The notes beneath the pieces were generated by a model. It saw only the letters and a program-made list of their open reading frames with translations. It ran no database searches and was not told the DNA's origin. Below, piece after piece: positions 9,402-18,748 of a stretch of 25,451 bases of DNA (positions are counted from its first letter, which is position 1; each line of letters begins with the position of its first letter). A program made the position numbers and the translations under genes. This DNA comes from Chlamydiota bacterium (lineage in GTDB: Bacteria > Chlamydiota > Chlamydiia > Chlamydiales > SM23-39), in NCBI GenBank assembly GCA_050049995.1, contig JASFVE010000025.1, positions 1-25,451 of the forward strand, in the 5' to 3' direction.

Positions 9402-10598
9402 TTACCTGTCGCAGAGAGCGTCTATCCCAGGTAAATGGCCAAATTCAAGGTATTCTAAGGAGGCTCCTCCACCTGTAGATAGGTGAGTGAATTTATCGGC
9501 TAGATGCATCTTATTGACCGCTGCAATCGAATCTCCTCCGCCGACTATTGTTGTTGCAGGCAACTGAGCTAGTGTTTTAGCTATTCCTTCTGTGCCTTTG
9601 GCAAGGCTAGATAGCTCAAAGACACCAACTGGGCCATTCCAAAAAACAGTGGAAGCTTGGCTTAAAGCTTGTGACCATTCTAAAACTGTTTTAGGTCCAA
9701 TGTCGGCTCCCATCCAGCCTTCAGGGATTCCTTCTTTAACAGTGATTACTTTTTTTTCAGTATCATTGGTTAATTCTTTTGTTATAACAATATCGACTGG
9801 TAGCCAAAGTTGAACGGCTTTATCTAAACATTTTTTTATTATGTTTTTTACAGATTCAACGTTATCTTGGTCAAAGATGGAGTCACCAATCTCTATGCCC
9901 TGTGCTTTTAAAAAAGTGTAGGCCATTCCACCGCCTATGAAAAGCCCGTCTACTTGATCGATAAGATTTTGAATAACACCTAATTTGGTTGAAACTTTTG
10001 CTCCTCCTAATACCGCATAAAATGGACGTTTAGGGTGATGAGCAACAGCTCCTAAAAAAGCTATTTCTTTATCTAGTAAAAAGCCTGCAACAGCTTTTTG
10101 TTGAAAAAGCTTAGCTAAGGGGACAATAGATGAGTGATTTCTATGAGCAGCTCCAAAAGCATCATTTACATAAATGTCACCAAAAGAGGCTAAGCGTTTT
10201 GCAAATGATGGATCTTGTTCAGGGTGCTGTTCTGCTTCGTAATACCTTAAATTTTCTAAAAGTAAAATGTCTCCTGGGGCAAGGTTTTCAACTAATGACT
10301 CTACTTTTTCTCCAATACAGTCGGGTGCCATAATAACAGGGCGATTTAATAACTCAGATAGTCGCTTGGCGCAAGGAGTGAGAGAGTATTTAGGGTCTTT
10401 TCCTTTAGGCCTTCCCAAGTGACTAAGTAATATCAGTGAAGCTCCTTGGTTTAGTGTGTACTCAATTGACGGTAAGGAAGCTCTGATGCGAGAGTCGTCT
10501 GTTATGTTGCCATTGCGATCTAAAGGTACATTGAAATCTACCCTCATTAATACTTTCAGATCTTTCAATGAAACATCTTGAATAGAGAGTTTTGTCAT
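9402..10598 (-). CDS. pgk: Phosphoglycerate kinase
   Basis: RVDFNVP, SHLGRPKG, LLENLR, YVNDAFGAAHR, GGAKVSTK, WNGPVGVFE, GGGDS, STGGGASLE. Confidence 0.99.
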   Translation of the reverse strand: MTKLSIQDVSLKDLKVLMRVDFNVPLDRNGNITDDSRIRASLPSIEYTLNQGASLILLSHLGRPKGKDPKYSLTPCAKRLSELLNRPVIMAPDCIGEKVESLVENLAPGDILLLENLRYYEAEQHPEQDPSFAKRLASFGDIYVNDAFGAAHRNHSSIVPLAKLFQQKAVAGFLLDKEIAFLGAVAHHPKRPFYAVLGGAKVSTKLGVIQNLIDQVDGLFIGGGMAYTFLKAQGIEIGDSIFDQDNVESVKNIIKKCLDKAVQLWLPVDIVITKELTNDTEKKVITVKEGIPEGWMGADIGPKTVLEWSQALSQASTVFWNGPVGVFELSSLAKGTEGIAKTLAQLPATTIVGGGDSIAAVNKMHLADKFTHLSTGGGASLEYLEFGHLPGIDALCDR

Positions 10599-10625
10599 AA
10601 ATTACCTTTGCGAAAATTAACTTTG

Positions 10626-10654
10626 ATCCTAGAAGGCATTCCTGTAAAAGTCAA
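10626..10654 (-). promoter_or_regulatory. Putative sigma66/sigma70 promoter of pgk
   Basis: TTGACT-17 nt-TAGGAT on the minus strand, 27 nt upstream of the pgk ATG. Confidence 0.6.
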
Positions 10655-10683
10655 GAAAAGGGTATTGTCAAAAGGAAGAAACC

Positions 10684-11433
10684 TTAAAGGTTTTGAAAAG
10701 GGTTGGCTGCTTGATGAAAGTTTTGCCCTCTTTTTCTATTTTTAATTTCTTTCCGTATTGTATAAGAGAGATCTTCATCAAAATCTCTTTTCAAAGATCG
10801 AATTAAGTAATCTAAGGGTATTTCATTGAAAGTTCTTCCTTTATGTTTACCAAGAGGCATCGTTCTTAAAACAATTGGCTTTTTTAAGCGTTGCATAAGT
10901 TCTTCCGTTGTTTTAAAGCCTGAGGAAAGTTTCTTGAAAACTTCAACATTTACAATGACATCACTCATTGCTCGATGTGCGCCCTCGTATTTTATATTAA
11001 AATGTTCTCTTAACTTCTCTAAAGAGTTTACGGGGGACTGTCCATACAATCTAGCTAGTCGCAAAGTGTCGATAATAGGGCACTTTTTTATAGGGGAAAA
11101 GATAGTATGTTTTTTTGCCTCTTCAGAAATGATGTCAATGTCAAACATTATCCCATGACCTACAATAATCGTGTCGCCCACAAAATCAATGAGTTTAGGA
11201 AGAACTTCATCGATAGCGGGCTTACCTTGAACCATTTCGTCGGAGATGTGGTGAATTAGTTGAGATGACTCTGAAATAGCACATCTGGGATTAACTAAGG
11301 TTTCAAACTGATCTATAATCTTATCAAATGTGAATCTAACTGCAGCAACTTCAATGATTCTATCGTTTTTTGTATCAAGCCCAGTTGTTTCACAGTCTAA
11401 GCATATGAAAGTGTCTTTATGAAGGAGTCCCAT
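10684..11433 (-). CDS. dnaQ: DEDDh 3'-5' exonuclease (DnaQ/epsilon-like) with short C-terminal ExoX/DUF3820-like module
   Basis: ExoI DCETTG, ExoII HGIMFD, ExoIII HRAMSDV; C-terminal MPLGKHKGRTFNEIPLDYL. Confidence 0.88.
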   Translation of the reverse strand: MGLLHKDTFICLDCETTGLDTKNDRIIEVAAVRFTFDKIIDQFETLVNPRCAISESSQLIHHISDEMVQGKPAIDEVLPKLIDFVGDTIIVGHGIMFDIDIISEEAKKHTIFSPIKKCPIIDTLRLARLYGQSPVNSLEKLREHFNIKYEGAHRAMSDVIVNVEVFKKLSSGFKTTEELMQRLKKPIVLRTMPLGKHKGRTFNEIPLDYLIRSLKRDFDEDLSYTIRKEIKNRKRGQNFHQAANPFQNL

Positions 11434-12013
11434 AATAAAATTGATTGATTTGATGGATTAAAATTTTTCTGCACTTCGCATCTTTTATGGAATAATTTAC
11501 GTAACTTATAGGATTAAAAGATATGAAAGATTTATAAATAGCTTGAGTTTGTTGCTCAATCTCTTTTGGTTTAAGCTTGTCTGACTTGGTGAAAACTGCA
11601 ATGTAAGGTATTTGGTAGTAGTTAAGCCACTCGACGGTTTGTCGGTCTTTCTCTGAGGGAAGGTGCCGAATGTCTAGTAGTAAAAGTACTAAAAGTGAGT
11701 CTTGTTGGTCTTCAAAATACTTTTTTACCTCTTCGGAAAAACCTTCCTTTACCTTTTTGGAGACTTTTGCGAATCCATATCCCGGAAGGTCAACTAAATA
11801 TTGAGAAGTATCATCAATTTTAAAAAATAAAATTGATTGTGTTTTCCCTGGCTTAGATGAAACCTTTGCTACTTTTTTATTATTACAAAGATGGTTGATC
11901 AAACTTGACTTTCCAACATTAGATCTTCCGACTAAAGCTAATTGTTTCTTGTTGAGAAAAGGCTCTTTTTTTAAATAAGGTCCTAGAAAAGTAAGTTTTT
12001 CAAACTTCAACAT
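11417..12013 (-). CDS. engB: Ribosome biogenesis GTPase EngB/YihA/YsxC
   Basis: G1 GRSNVGKSSLIN, SSKPGKTQ, G3 DLPGYGFA, LLDIRH, G4 TKSDKL. Confidence 0.96.
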   Translation of the reverse strand: MLKFEKLTFLGPYLKKEPFLNKKQLALVGRSNVGKSSLINHLCNNKKVAKVSSKPGKTQSILFFKIDDTSQYLVDLPGYGFAKVSKKVKEGFSEEVKKYFEDQQDSLLVLLLLDIRHLPSEKDRQTVEWLNYYQIPYIAVFTKSDKLKPKEIEQQTQAIYKSFISFNPISYVNYSIKDAKCRKILIHQINQFYYGTPS

Positions 12014-12446
12014 GACTTACCTCCAACTTTCTAGACTCTTCATCTTTGAAAGATAGTGTAATTTTTAAATGAGGACTTTGAGTCAAAATAGGTGTGATTA
12101 TTTGTGGCCATTCAATCAAACAGATGTCACTTGAAAATAGATATTCTTCAAATCCTAAGGCTAAAAATTCTTCATCGCTATTTAAACGGTATAAATCGAA
12201 GTGAGATATTGTTAGGGAGTTACAGAAATATTGATTCACGTAGGCAAATGTAGGGCTTTGAACCTCTGCTTCAGAAACCCCAAAAAAAGATAAAAAGCCT
12301 TTAGTAAAAGTGGTTTTCCCTGCTCCTAAATCACCTTCTAGTAAAATAATATTTGGAATAGAGATTTCACTTGCAAGCTTTTTAGCAAATGCTTTTGTTT
12401 GAGCTTCTCTATGAGCATTTAAAATAAAAGAAGTTACTTGAGCCAT
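12000..12446 (-). CDS. tsaE: t6A biosynthesis ATPase TsaE
   Basis: GDLGAGKTTF, VQSPTF, HFDLYRL, LIEWP. Confidence 0.97.
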   Translation of the reverse strand: MAQVTSFILNAHREAQTKAFAKKLASEISIPNIILLEGDLGAGKTTFTKGFLSFFGVSEAEVQSPTFAYVNQYFCNSLTISHFDLYRLNSDEEFLALGFEEYLFSSDICLIEWPQIITPILTQSPHLKITLSFKDEESRKLEVSHVEV

Positions 12447-13156
12447 TTATTTAAATATTTTTGAAACTCTTCCATTTCAGATAGAGCTTCCACAAAAACC
12501 GCTATTTTTTCTTCTGTTAGATGATTTTGCAAGAAGTCTAAAAGAGCTTGCTCAATCTGGAAGCGGTTTTGATTTTGAACCTCTGAAAGAGTCATGAATT
12601 TAATATGATGTTTTTTAAAGTCATCTATAACAGATTTTTTGCTATTAAACAGCTTTCCTGTAATTGCAGAAGAAAAAACTGTTTTCTTAACAGGGGCTTT
12701 TCTTTCTTTAATGTAGTTTTTAATGACTTCAGGGTCTTCGGATACAAAAAATCTTTTTGCTTTTAGGCCGCCTATTCGTTCGTTGTTTTCAGGGCAGTTT
12801 GAAACCCAGTCATAGATAGCATCTTGAGGGTTCCTATGTGTATTATCTCCAAAAACTTTTCCTGTAAAAGGGCAAATGTAAATCTTTTTAGTTTCCTCGT
12901 TAACACTCTGTTGTCCAAATTGAATAGTAATTTCGGTTTCACGCCAAAGTTTCTTTTCTTTTTCTAGCTTTTCTACGAGGTCCTCTAATCCTGAATATAT
13001 CATTTTTTCTTTAGGAAATAGGACGGGATTAATCAAATATTTTTTTTCAAGAAAGTGTAAATAAACACTAATAAGGTCAGTTTTAGAGTTGTGATCTAAG
13101 TATTTAAGTAAATCTTTTTTTATTTCTTCAGTTATGACATGAGAAGTTTTAGTCAC
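12434..13156 (-). CDS. Chlamydia-specific conserved hypothetical protein (DUF2709/CT538-like)
   Basis: KIYICPFTGKVFGDN..NPQDAIYDWVSNCPEN..GGLKAKRFFVSEDP; sits immediately upstream of tsaE as recalled for Chlamydia; GTG start with GAGG RBS. Family name from memory, not a search. Confidence 0.8.
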   Translation of the reverse strand: MTKTSHVITEEIKKDLLKYLDHNSKTDLISVYLHFLEKKYLINPVLFPKEKMIYSGLEDLVEKLEKEKKLWRETEITIQFGQQSVNEETKKIYICPFTGKVFGDNTHRNPQDAIYDWVSNCPENNERIGGLKAKRFFVSEDPEVIKNYIKERKAPVKKTVFSSAITGKLFNSKKSVIDDFKKHHIKFMTLSEVQNQNRFQIEQALLDFLQNHLTEEKIAVFVEALSEMEEFQKYLNKWLK

Positions 13157-13458
13157 TTTTACCTCTTTACTCTTAGGGTTGTCTTGCAGAATAATAATCT
13201 GATCTATTCAAGTTTGATCGATAGAATGCAAATTAACTTACATTGTAGAAAATTAATGATCAAGCAAGTTCTCATTATATAGAATATTATATATTTAATA
13301 TAGAGAACTTCATTCTTGAGAAAGTAGAAAGCAAAAGTGTTACTAATATTTTTACTTTACAAGTAAGTTGTTTTGTTTTGGCTATTTCTTGCATCCGAAG
13401 AGAAGAATTGTTCCTATATTTACTTAATTTCTAGAAAATAGTTTTTATTGAATTATAG

Positions 13459-13509
13459 TTGCACTAACAGTTTAGTATTGATATACTATGCTGTTTTTAA
13501 TGATATAAT
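13459..13509 (+). promoter_or_regulatory. Putative promoter(s) of the ldh-argS unit
   Basis: TTGCAC(13459-64)-17 nt-TATACT(13482-87) with TGn extension; second extended -10 TGATATAAT at 13501-13509; RBS AGAGGGG before ATG 13527. Confidence 0.55.
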
Positions 13510-13526
13510 CCTAAAGAGGGGTTTTC

Positions 13527-14681
13527 ATGCAGTTAATAGATGATGTGAAGCGTAGTTCGTCAAAAAAAATACTTGAAAAACTTATAGCTCAAAGTAAAGA
13601 GCTTCAGTTTGAAGCAATAGACGTTGAAGGTTATGAACTTGTATTAAAAATTACGCAGCCTAAAGCAAAATTTAAAGCAATTATTTCTATTCATAATACT
13701 ACCCTTGGTCCCACTTTAGGTGGAACAAGAATATATCCATATAAATCTTTTGATGACGCCCTTGTTGATGTTTTAAGGCTGTCTAAAGGAATGACTTATA
13801 AATCTGCTATGGCTGGAGTTGGCTTAGGCGGCGGTAAAAGTGTTATTATTGCAAGTCCTCAAGAAAAGACTGAAGAAGTATTAATGGCTTTTGGTGAAGC
13901 AGTTAACTCTCTTGCAGGTCTTTATATCTGTGCTGAAGATGTTGGCTGTACCATGGAAGATATTAAAATTATTAACAGGAAGACACCTTTTGTTACTGGC
14001 CTCGACGATCAAAACAGTAGTGGAGATCCAGGGCCTTTCACAGCTTGGGGGACTTTTTTAGGAATACAGTCTGCAGTAGAAAAAGTATATGGTTCTAAAG
14101 ATTTGTTAGGAAAAAAAGTGGCTATCCAGGGACTTGGAAATGTTGGCTTACAATTAGCTAATTTTCTTTTTTGGGCAGGGGCTGAATTAATTGTTGCTGA
14201 TTTGAACCAAAATTTAACATCTCAGATGGAAAAAAAATATAGCGCAGAAGTTGTGGATCCTTCTGACATTTTAGAGGTTGATTGTGACGTATTGGCTCCT
14301 TGTGCTATGGGTGGCATTCTTAATGAAAGAACTATTCCTAATTTAAAATGTAAAATTGTGGCTGGCTGTGCAAATAATCAGCTTTTAGAAGACTCCCATG
14401 CAAATTTATTAAAAGATAAAGGTATTCTTTATGCACCTGATTTTGTTATAAATGCAGGTGGTTTAATCAATGTTGCCTGTGAAATAGAAAAAGCTGGTTA
14501 TATTCCTTCACTTTCAAGAAATAGAGTATATGGGATTTATGACCGCCTTAAAGCAATTTACGAGATTTCGGAAAAAAATAATATTTCCACTCATGAAGCT
14601 GCGATTTCACTTGCTGATTACCGAATAAAATATGAAGTAAATAAAAGATCAGTTTCTCCTGTATTTCATCACAGCAATTGA
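13527..14681 (+). CDS. ldh: Glu/Leu/Phe/Val dehydrogenase (leucine dehydrogenase-like)
   Basis: IHNTTLGPTLGGTR, GMTYK, GGGKSVII, AEDVG, GLGNVG, PCAMG, GCANNQL, YAPDFVINAGG. Confidence 0.93.
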   Translation: MQLIDDVKRSSSKKILEKLIAQSKELQFEAIDVEGYELVLKITQPKAKFKAIISIHNTTLGPTLGGTRIYPYKSFDDALVDVLRLSKGMTYKSAMAGVGLGGGKSVIIASPQEKTEEVLMAFGEAVNSLAGLYICAEDVGCTMEDIKIINRKTPFVTGLDDQNSSGDPGPFTAWGTFLGIQSAVEKVYGSKDLLGKKVAIQGLGNVGLQLANFLFWAGAELIVADLNQNLTSQMEKKYSAEVVDPSDILEVDCDVLAPCAMGGILNERTIPNLKCKIVAGCANNQLLEDSHANLLKDKGILYAPDFVINAGGLINVACEIEKAGYIPSLSRNRVYGIYDRLKAIYEISEKNNISTHEAAISLADYRIKYEVNKRSVSPVFHHSN

Positions 14682-14683
14682 TA

Positions 14684-16441
14684 ATGCAAACACTACAAGA
14701 TCTATTAGAGAAAAAAACAACTGCAGCAATAGAAAAAGCTTTTAAAGCTTTTTCTATTGACGTATTAGCTGAAATTGCTCAATGCGTCAATGAGGAAAAC
14801 GGCCACTATCAGTGTAATAGCGCACTGAAGCTTTCTAAGCTCTTAAAGAAAAATCCACGCACTATTGCGGAAGAGATTGTTTCTCATTTTGACCGAAGAG
14901 GAGATACAGGCCAATTAATAATTGATACAGTCGAAATAGCTGGTCCTGGTTTTATTAATTTTGTCGTCGATAAATCTTTTTTATCCAAAAGATTAGAAAA
15001 TGCTTTAAAAGACCCCAATCTTGGGGTGAGCATGCCTCAAGAGAAAAAGAAAATAATTGTAGAGTTTTCATCTCCGAATATTGCTAAAGAGCTCCATGTT
15101 GGCCATTTAAGATCTACAATTATTGGAGAAAGCTTGGCTAGGCTTTTTGAGTTTTTAGGACATAATGTTTTGCGCCTTAACCATATTGGTGATTGGGGAA
15201 CGCAATTTGGTATGCTTATCGCTTACTTAAAAAAATTCCATCCTTCTGTCATTTCTGCTGAAAAAAAAGCAGAACTCCCTGAGTTAATGCATTGGTACAA
15301 AGAGGCCAAAAAGCTTTTTGATGAAGATACTGTCTTTAAAAAAGAGTCTCAGCTTGAAGTAGTTTCTTTGCAAAAAGGCAATCAAGAGTCCTTAAAAGCT
15401 TGGAAAGCGATTTGTGACATTTCAAGAAAAGCATTTCAGGAGATCTACTCTCTGTTACAGGTTAGCTTAGAAGAAAGAGGAGAGTCTTTTTATAACCCAC
15501 TTCTTCCTGGGGTTATTAATGAAGCCGAAAAAAGCAATGTAGTAGAGGTTTCTGAAGGAGCTAAGTGCATTTACCCTCCGGGTTTTGTTAATCGAGAAGG
15601 CAACCCTTTGCCATTAATGATTCAAAAATCTGATGGAGGTTATAATTACGACACTACTGACATGGCTGCTTTGAAGCACCGAATAGAAGTAGAAAAAGCA
15701 GATCGAATTGTTGTTGTTACTGACGCAGGACAGTCACTCCATTTTCAGTTAGTTTTTAAGGCAGCAGAAATGGTGGGTTTTTATGATTCTAAGAAAGTGC
15801 AATTAGATCACGTGACTTTCGGTCTTGTTTTAGGCCCTGATGGTAAAAAATTCAAGACAAGATCTGGAACAACAGAAAAACTCATTGATCTTATCTATGA
15901 AGGGATAGAGCATGCTCATAAGCTTTTAGAAGAAAAAATCCCTGAAATGGAAAAAAACGAAAAAAATGAACTTGCAAAAACACTTGGAATAGCTGCAATT
16001 AAGTATGCTGATTTATCTAGTGTTCGTACTAAAGATTATGTTTTTAGCTATGATCGCATGCTTCGTTTTGAGGGCAATACAGCCGTTTTTCTTTTATATG
16101 CTTATGTAAGGATTATGGGTATCAAAAGAAAAGCTAATGTCAATATTGATCACATTATGAATACAGCTAAAATTACTTTGGATCATCCTTCAGAAATTTC
16201 TTTAGGACTTCATTTATTGAGGTTTTCTGAAACATTACAGTCAGTAGAAAAAGACCTGATGCCTAATAGACTTGCAGACTATCTTTATGAGTTGGCTGAA
16301 AAATTTAATGCTTTCTTTAGAGATTGTCGAGTTGTTGGTGATCCTGCTATGAATTCTAGACTTTTGCTTTGTGAAGTATGTGGTAAAATCTTAAAGCAAG
16401 GTCTTTTTATTTTAGGTATTAACACTGTTGAGAGAATGTAA
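14684..16441 (+). CDS. argS: Arginine--tRNA ligase (ATG 14684 preferred over TTG 14678)
   Basis: AGPGFIN, VEFSSPNIAKELHVGHLRSTIIG, GDWGTQFG, KFKTRSG, FEGNTA..LYAYVR. Confidence 0.99.
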   Translation: MQTLQDLLEKKTTAAIEKAFKAFSIDVLAEIAQCVNEENGHYQCNSALKLSKLLKKNPRTIAEEIVSHFDRRGDTGQLIIDTVEIAGPGFINFVVDKSFLSKRLENALKDPNLGVSMPQEKKKIIVEFSSPNIAKELHVGHLRSTIIGESLARLFEFLGHNVLRLNHIGDWGTQFGMLIAYLKKFHPSVISAEKKAELPELMHWYKEAKKLFDEDTVFKKESQLEVVSLQKGNQESLKAWKAICDISRKAFQEIYSLLQVSLEERGESFYNPLLPGVINEAEKSNVVEVSEGAKCIYPPGFVNREGNPLPLMIQKSDGGYNYDTTDMAALKHRIEVEKADRIVVVTDAGQSLHFQLVFKAAEMVGFYDSKKVQLDHVTFGLVLGPDGKKFKTRSGTTEKLIDLIYEGIEHAHKLLEEKIPEMEKNEKNELAKTLGIAAIKYADLSSVRTKDYVFSYDRMLRFEGNTAVFLLYAYVRIMGIKRKANVNIDHIMNTAKITLDHPSEISLGLHLLRFSETLQSVEKDLMPNRLADYLYELAEKFNAFFRDCRVVGDPAMNSRLLLCEVCGKILKQGLFILGINTVERM

Positions 16442-16442
16442 G

Positions 16443-17441
16443 CTACTGCAAAATGGGTAGTTTTGACTCTTTGTTTGCAATTTCTTCTACATAAGAAAAA
16501 ACTCCATAGCCAGAAAGTTCTTTTCTGAGCTCGCTAATGATTTCTAGCCCTTTGCTTTTTTCTACTTCAAAATGGGAGGCTCCCTGAACTTTATCTAGCT
16601 GATGAAGATAATAAGGAATAATTCCATTATCAATCAATTGTTCGCATAGATTAAGCATTGTGTCTTTATCATCATTGACTCCTTTTAGAAGCACTGTTTG
16701 ACAAAGGATAGGAATGGATAGTTTTTTTACTTTATCAAGGTAATAAATAATATCTGAATCTAGCTCTGTGGGGTGATTGCAATGAATCACAAAATAGATT
16801 TGTTTTTTTGTATTATGCAAAATCGATAATAGTTCTTCATCGACTCTTTCAGGAATTCCTATTACAAAGCGCGTATGGAAACGAATTCTTTTTAAATGAG
16901 GGATTTTGTCTAAACTTATAAGTAGTGCTTTCAAGTCTTTATTGGACAAAGATAAGGGATCACCACCACTTAGAATTACTTCTTGTAAGGTTTTATCCTC
17001 CTGGATTAATTGAAGCTCTTTTTCAAAGCCTTTAGTTACTGTTTCATAGGAAAAGTTTTGTCTAAAACAATATCTGCAATGCATGGCGCAAGCGCTAGTA
17101 GTTAAAAGAAGAGCTCTTTTCTTATACTTTTGCAAAAGCTTCTGACTTTTGCAAAAAGTAGTATCTTCAACAGGATCTAACACAAACTGAGGGTTAATAA
17201 TTGCTTCATCCTTTAATGGAATAAACTGCTTAAAAATAGGATCATCTAAGGAATTTTTTTTGATTTTTCTCGCTAATCGGTAAGGGACATTTAGTGGAAA
17301 ATGGCTTTTTTGAAGCAATTGAGCTCTTTTAGATGCATCCAGTTCTAAAAAATCAGAAAGAAGAGAAATTTTGGTAAAATTACTTCGTTGGATAGATCTC
17401 CAGAAACTTTTATCGATAGTCGGGGTTACAGTTTTAAAAAT
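16443..17441 (-). CDS. epmB: KamA-family radical SAM lysine 2,3-aminomutase, EpmB-like; start uncertain (ATT 17441 proposed; first canonical start TTG 17318)
   Basis: CAMHCRYCFRQ (CxxxCxxC), EVILSGGDPL, RIRFHTR, HCNHP, QTVLLKGVND, PYYLHQLDKVQGASHF, LSGY, C-terminal SKLP; frame stays open upstream to TAA at 17465-17463. Confidence 0.88.
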   Translation of the reverse strand: MFKTVTPTIDKSFWRSIQRSNFTKISLLSDFLELDASKRAQLLQKSHFPLNVPYRLARKIKKNSLDDPIFKQFIPLKDEAIINPQFVLDPVEDTTFCKSQKLLQKYKKRALLLTTSACAMHCRYCFRQNFSYETVTKGFEKELQLIQEDKTLQEVILSGGDPLSLSNKDLKALLISLDKIPHLKRIRFHTRFVIGIPERVDEELLSILHNTKKQIYFVIHCNHPTELDSDIIYYLDKVKKLSIPILCQTVLLKGVNDDKDTMLNLCEQLIDNGIIPYYLHQLDKVQGASHFEVEKSKGLEIISELRKELSGYGVFSYVEEIANKESKLPILQ

Positions 17442-17561
17442 CTTATTCTTCCAGGTTAAAAATTAACATTAATAAAGAAGTTGAATGTCTTATGCATTTT
17501 TTTTCATCTTGAAAGATAGTATAAAAAAAAGGAATTTGAAAGGCTAGAACATCAATTTAGA

Positions 17562-17589
17562 TTGACAGCAACAAGTATTACTTTATAAT
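17562..17589 (+). promoter_or_regulatory. Consensus sigma66/sigma70 promoter for ORF 17682
   Basis: TTGACA-16 nt-TATAAT; retained at the equivalent place in the duplicate. Confidence 0.75.
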
Positions 17590-17681
17590 TTCGTAGCCTT
17601 TATTTAACAAATTAAAAAATCTTTAAAAAGATTAATCTGTTGTTTGGCTTCTTTTTAAAAAATGATTAAAGGGGGATAAAT

Positions 17682-18341
17682 ATGAGTACAAATCTTAGAA
17701 CAGATCTAATAGGAATCAATTACATTTTAGAGGCAGAGGCTTGCCAAGAAGATGTTTTAAACAATACCGAAGACTCAAACCCTGAGGAGCTTAGTAATTG
17801 CCTTGGAAAGGTTGCCAGACATTTTGGCCAAGATGAAGCTATAATTGACCAATTAAAAATAACAGTAAGTCCTTACCACACTTATGGGGGAGAGCGCAGG
17901 CTTGAAATCGCAATTCCTCAAATTAATATAGAGGAGGACCTTTCTATAAATGATCTTGCTAAACGGTGCATAGAGGTTCTAAAAGATAAGACTAGGGATT
18001 CTTTAAAAGGAAAAGCTTTCTCTCTGGCACAAAACGAACAGCTAGCTGCTGGTGAAATTTTTAATAAAAGCATAAAACATTTTGATCAAATTCTAGATAA
18101 TAAACTGCAAAAAAATTTCCTTATTTTTCGAATTGTTGTTTGGGCTAGAAATTTATTTTCTAATTGGCAAATTCAAAGCTTTAGAGAGAACTATCTCTTA
18201 ACATTTGGGAAAGATGATCAAGGAAACAACAAAAGTGTTACTGTGCAATCTCTAGAAGATATGATGATTGGTCATCGAATCATGCAACAAGTAACTCCTT
18301 TGGCTAATCAAATTGAGCAAGCTTTTCAAAAGGTAAGGTAA
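17682..18341 (+). CDS. Hypothetical protein, paralog A (candidate secreted effector)
   Basis: 219 aa, GGGGGA RBS, own promoter; clear paralogy to 18749-19363 (LSINDLAKRCI, AGEIF, ILDNKLQ, LIFRIVVWARNLFSNWQIQSF). Confidence 0.8.
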   Translation: MSTNLRTDLIGINYILEAEACQEDVLNNTEDSNPEELSNCLGKVARHFGQDEAIIDQLKITVSPYHTYGGERRLEIAIPQINIEEDLSINDLAKRCIEVLKDKTRDSLKGKAFSLAQNEQLAAGEIFNKSIKHFDQILDNKLQKNFLIFRIVVWARNLFSNWQIQSFRENYLLTFGKDDQGNNKSVTVQSLEDMMIGHRIMQQVTPLANQIEQAFQKVR

Positions 18342-18499
18342 CTGTCTTTTTTGTTTTAGGTTGTTGAAGTAGGCAAGGAGAAAATCAACTCTTATGATGT
18401 ATTTGGGAGTGTAGCTTGCCTAAATTAGCTTTATCATTGAGTGAATCTTAGAATTAGTGTTTTTGCCTGCAGTAGAGCTTTTGACTAGCATTATGGTTA

Positions 18500-18633
18500 A
18501 TGCATCCAGTTCTAAAAAATCACCAAGAAGAGAGGTTTTGGTAAAGTTACTTTGTTGGATAGATCTCCAGAAATTTTTATTGATAGTAAGGATTGCAGTT
18601 TTATAAACCTTATCCTCTCAGGTTAAAAATTAA
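18500..18633 (-). pseudogene. Duplicated 5' fragment of epmB and its upstream sequence
   Basis: 117/134 nt identical by hand count, ungapped, to 17333-17466; reads FWRSIQQSNFTKTSLLGDFLELDA then runs into unrelated sequence and a stop. Confidence 0.85.
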
Positions 18634-18671
18634 TATTAAAAAAAAGAAGTTTCAAATGTTAGAGTATTAGA

Positions 18672-18701
18672 TTGACGATAACAAAAACTAATGTTTATAA
18701 T
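18672..18701 (+). promoter_or_regulatory. Sigma66/sigma70-type promoter for ORF 18749
   Basis: TTGACG-18 nt-TATAAT, homologous to 17562-17589. Confidence 0.65.
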
Positions 18702-18748
18702 TTCTTTGCTTTATTATTTAAATAATAATTTAATATTGGGGATAAAAA

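Larger units (their letters stand above)
17333..18499 (+). repeat. Tandem duplication unit 1 (epmB 5' end, promoter, hypothetical gene, 3' flank)
   Basis: Collinear homology with 18500-19537 along the whole length. Confidence 0.9.

Noticed and set aside
2170..11158. Short alternative-frame or antisense ORFs (2170-2358, 3397-3606, 6085-6399, 6249-6431, 7860-8207, 8406-8609, 9592-9813, 10130-10333, 10826-11158)
   Set aside because: Nested in well-supported housekeeping genes, with no recognisable motifs; shadow ORFs
16439..16445. Missing terminator between convergent argS and epmB (1-nt gap)
   Set aside because: Tight convergent packing recurs in this window (ispF/CysJ-like, lipoprotein/gltX) and is ordinary for compact Rho-encoding genomes
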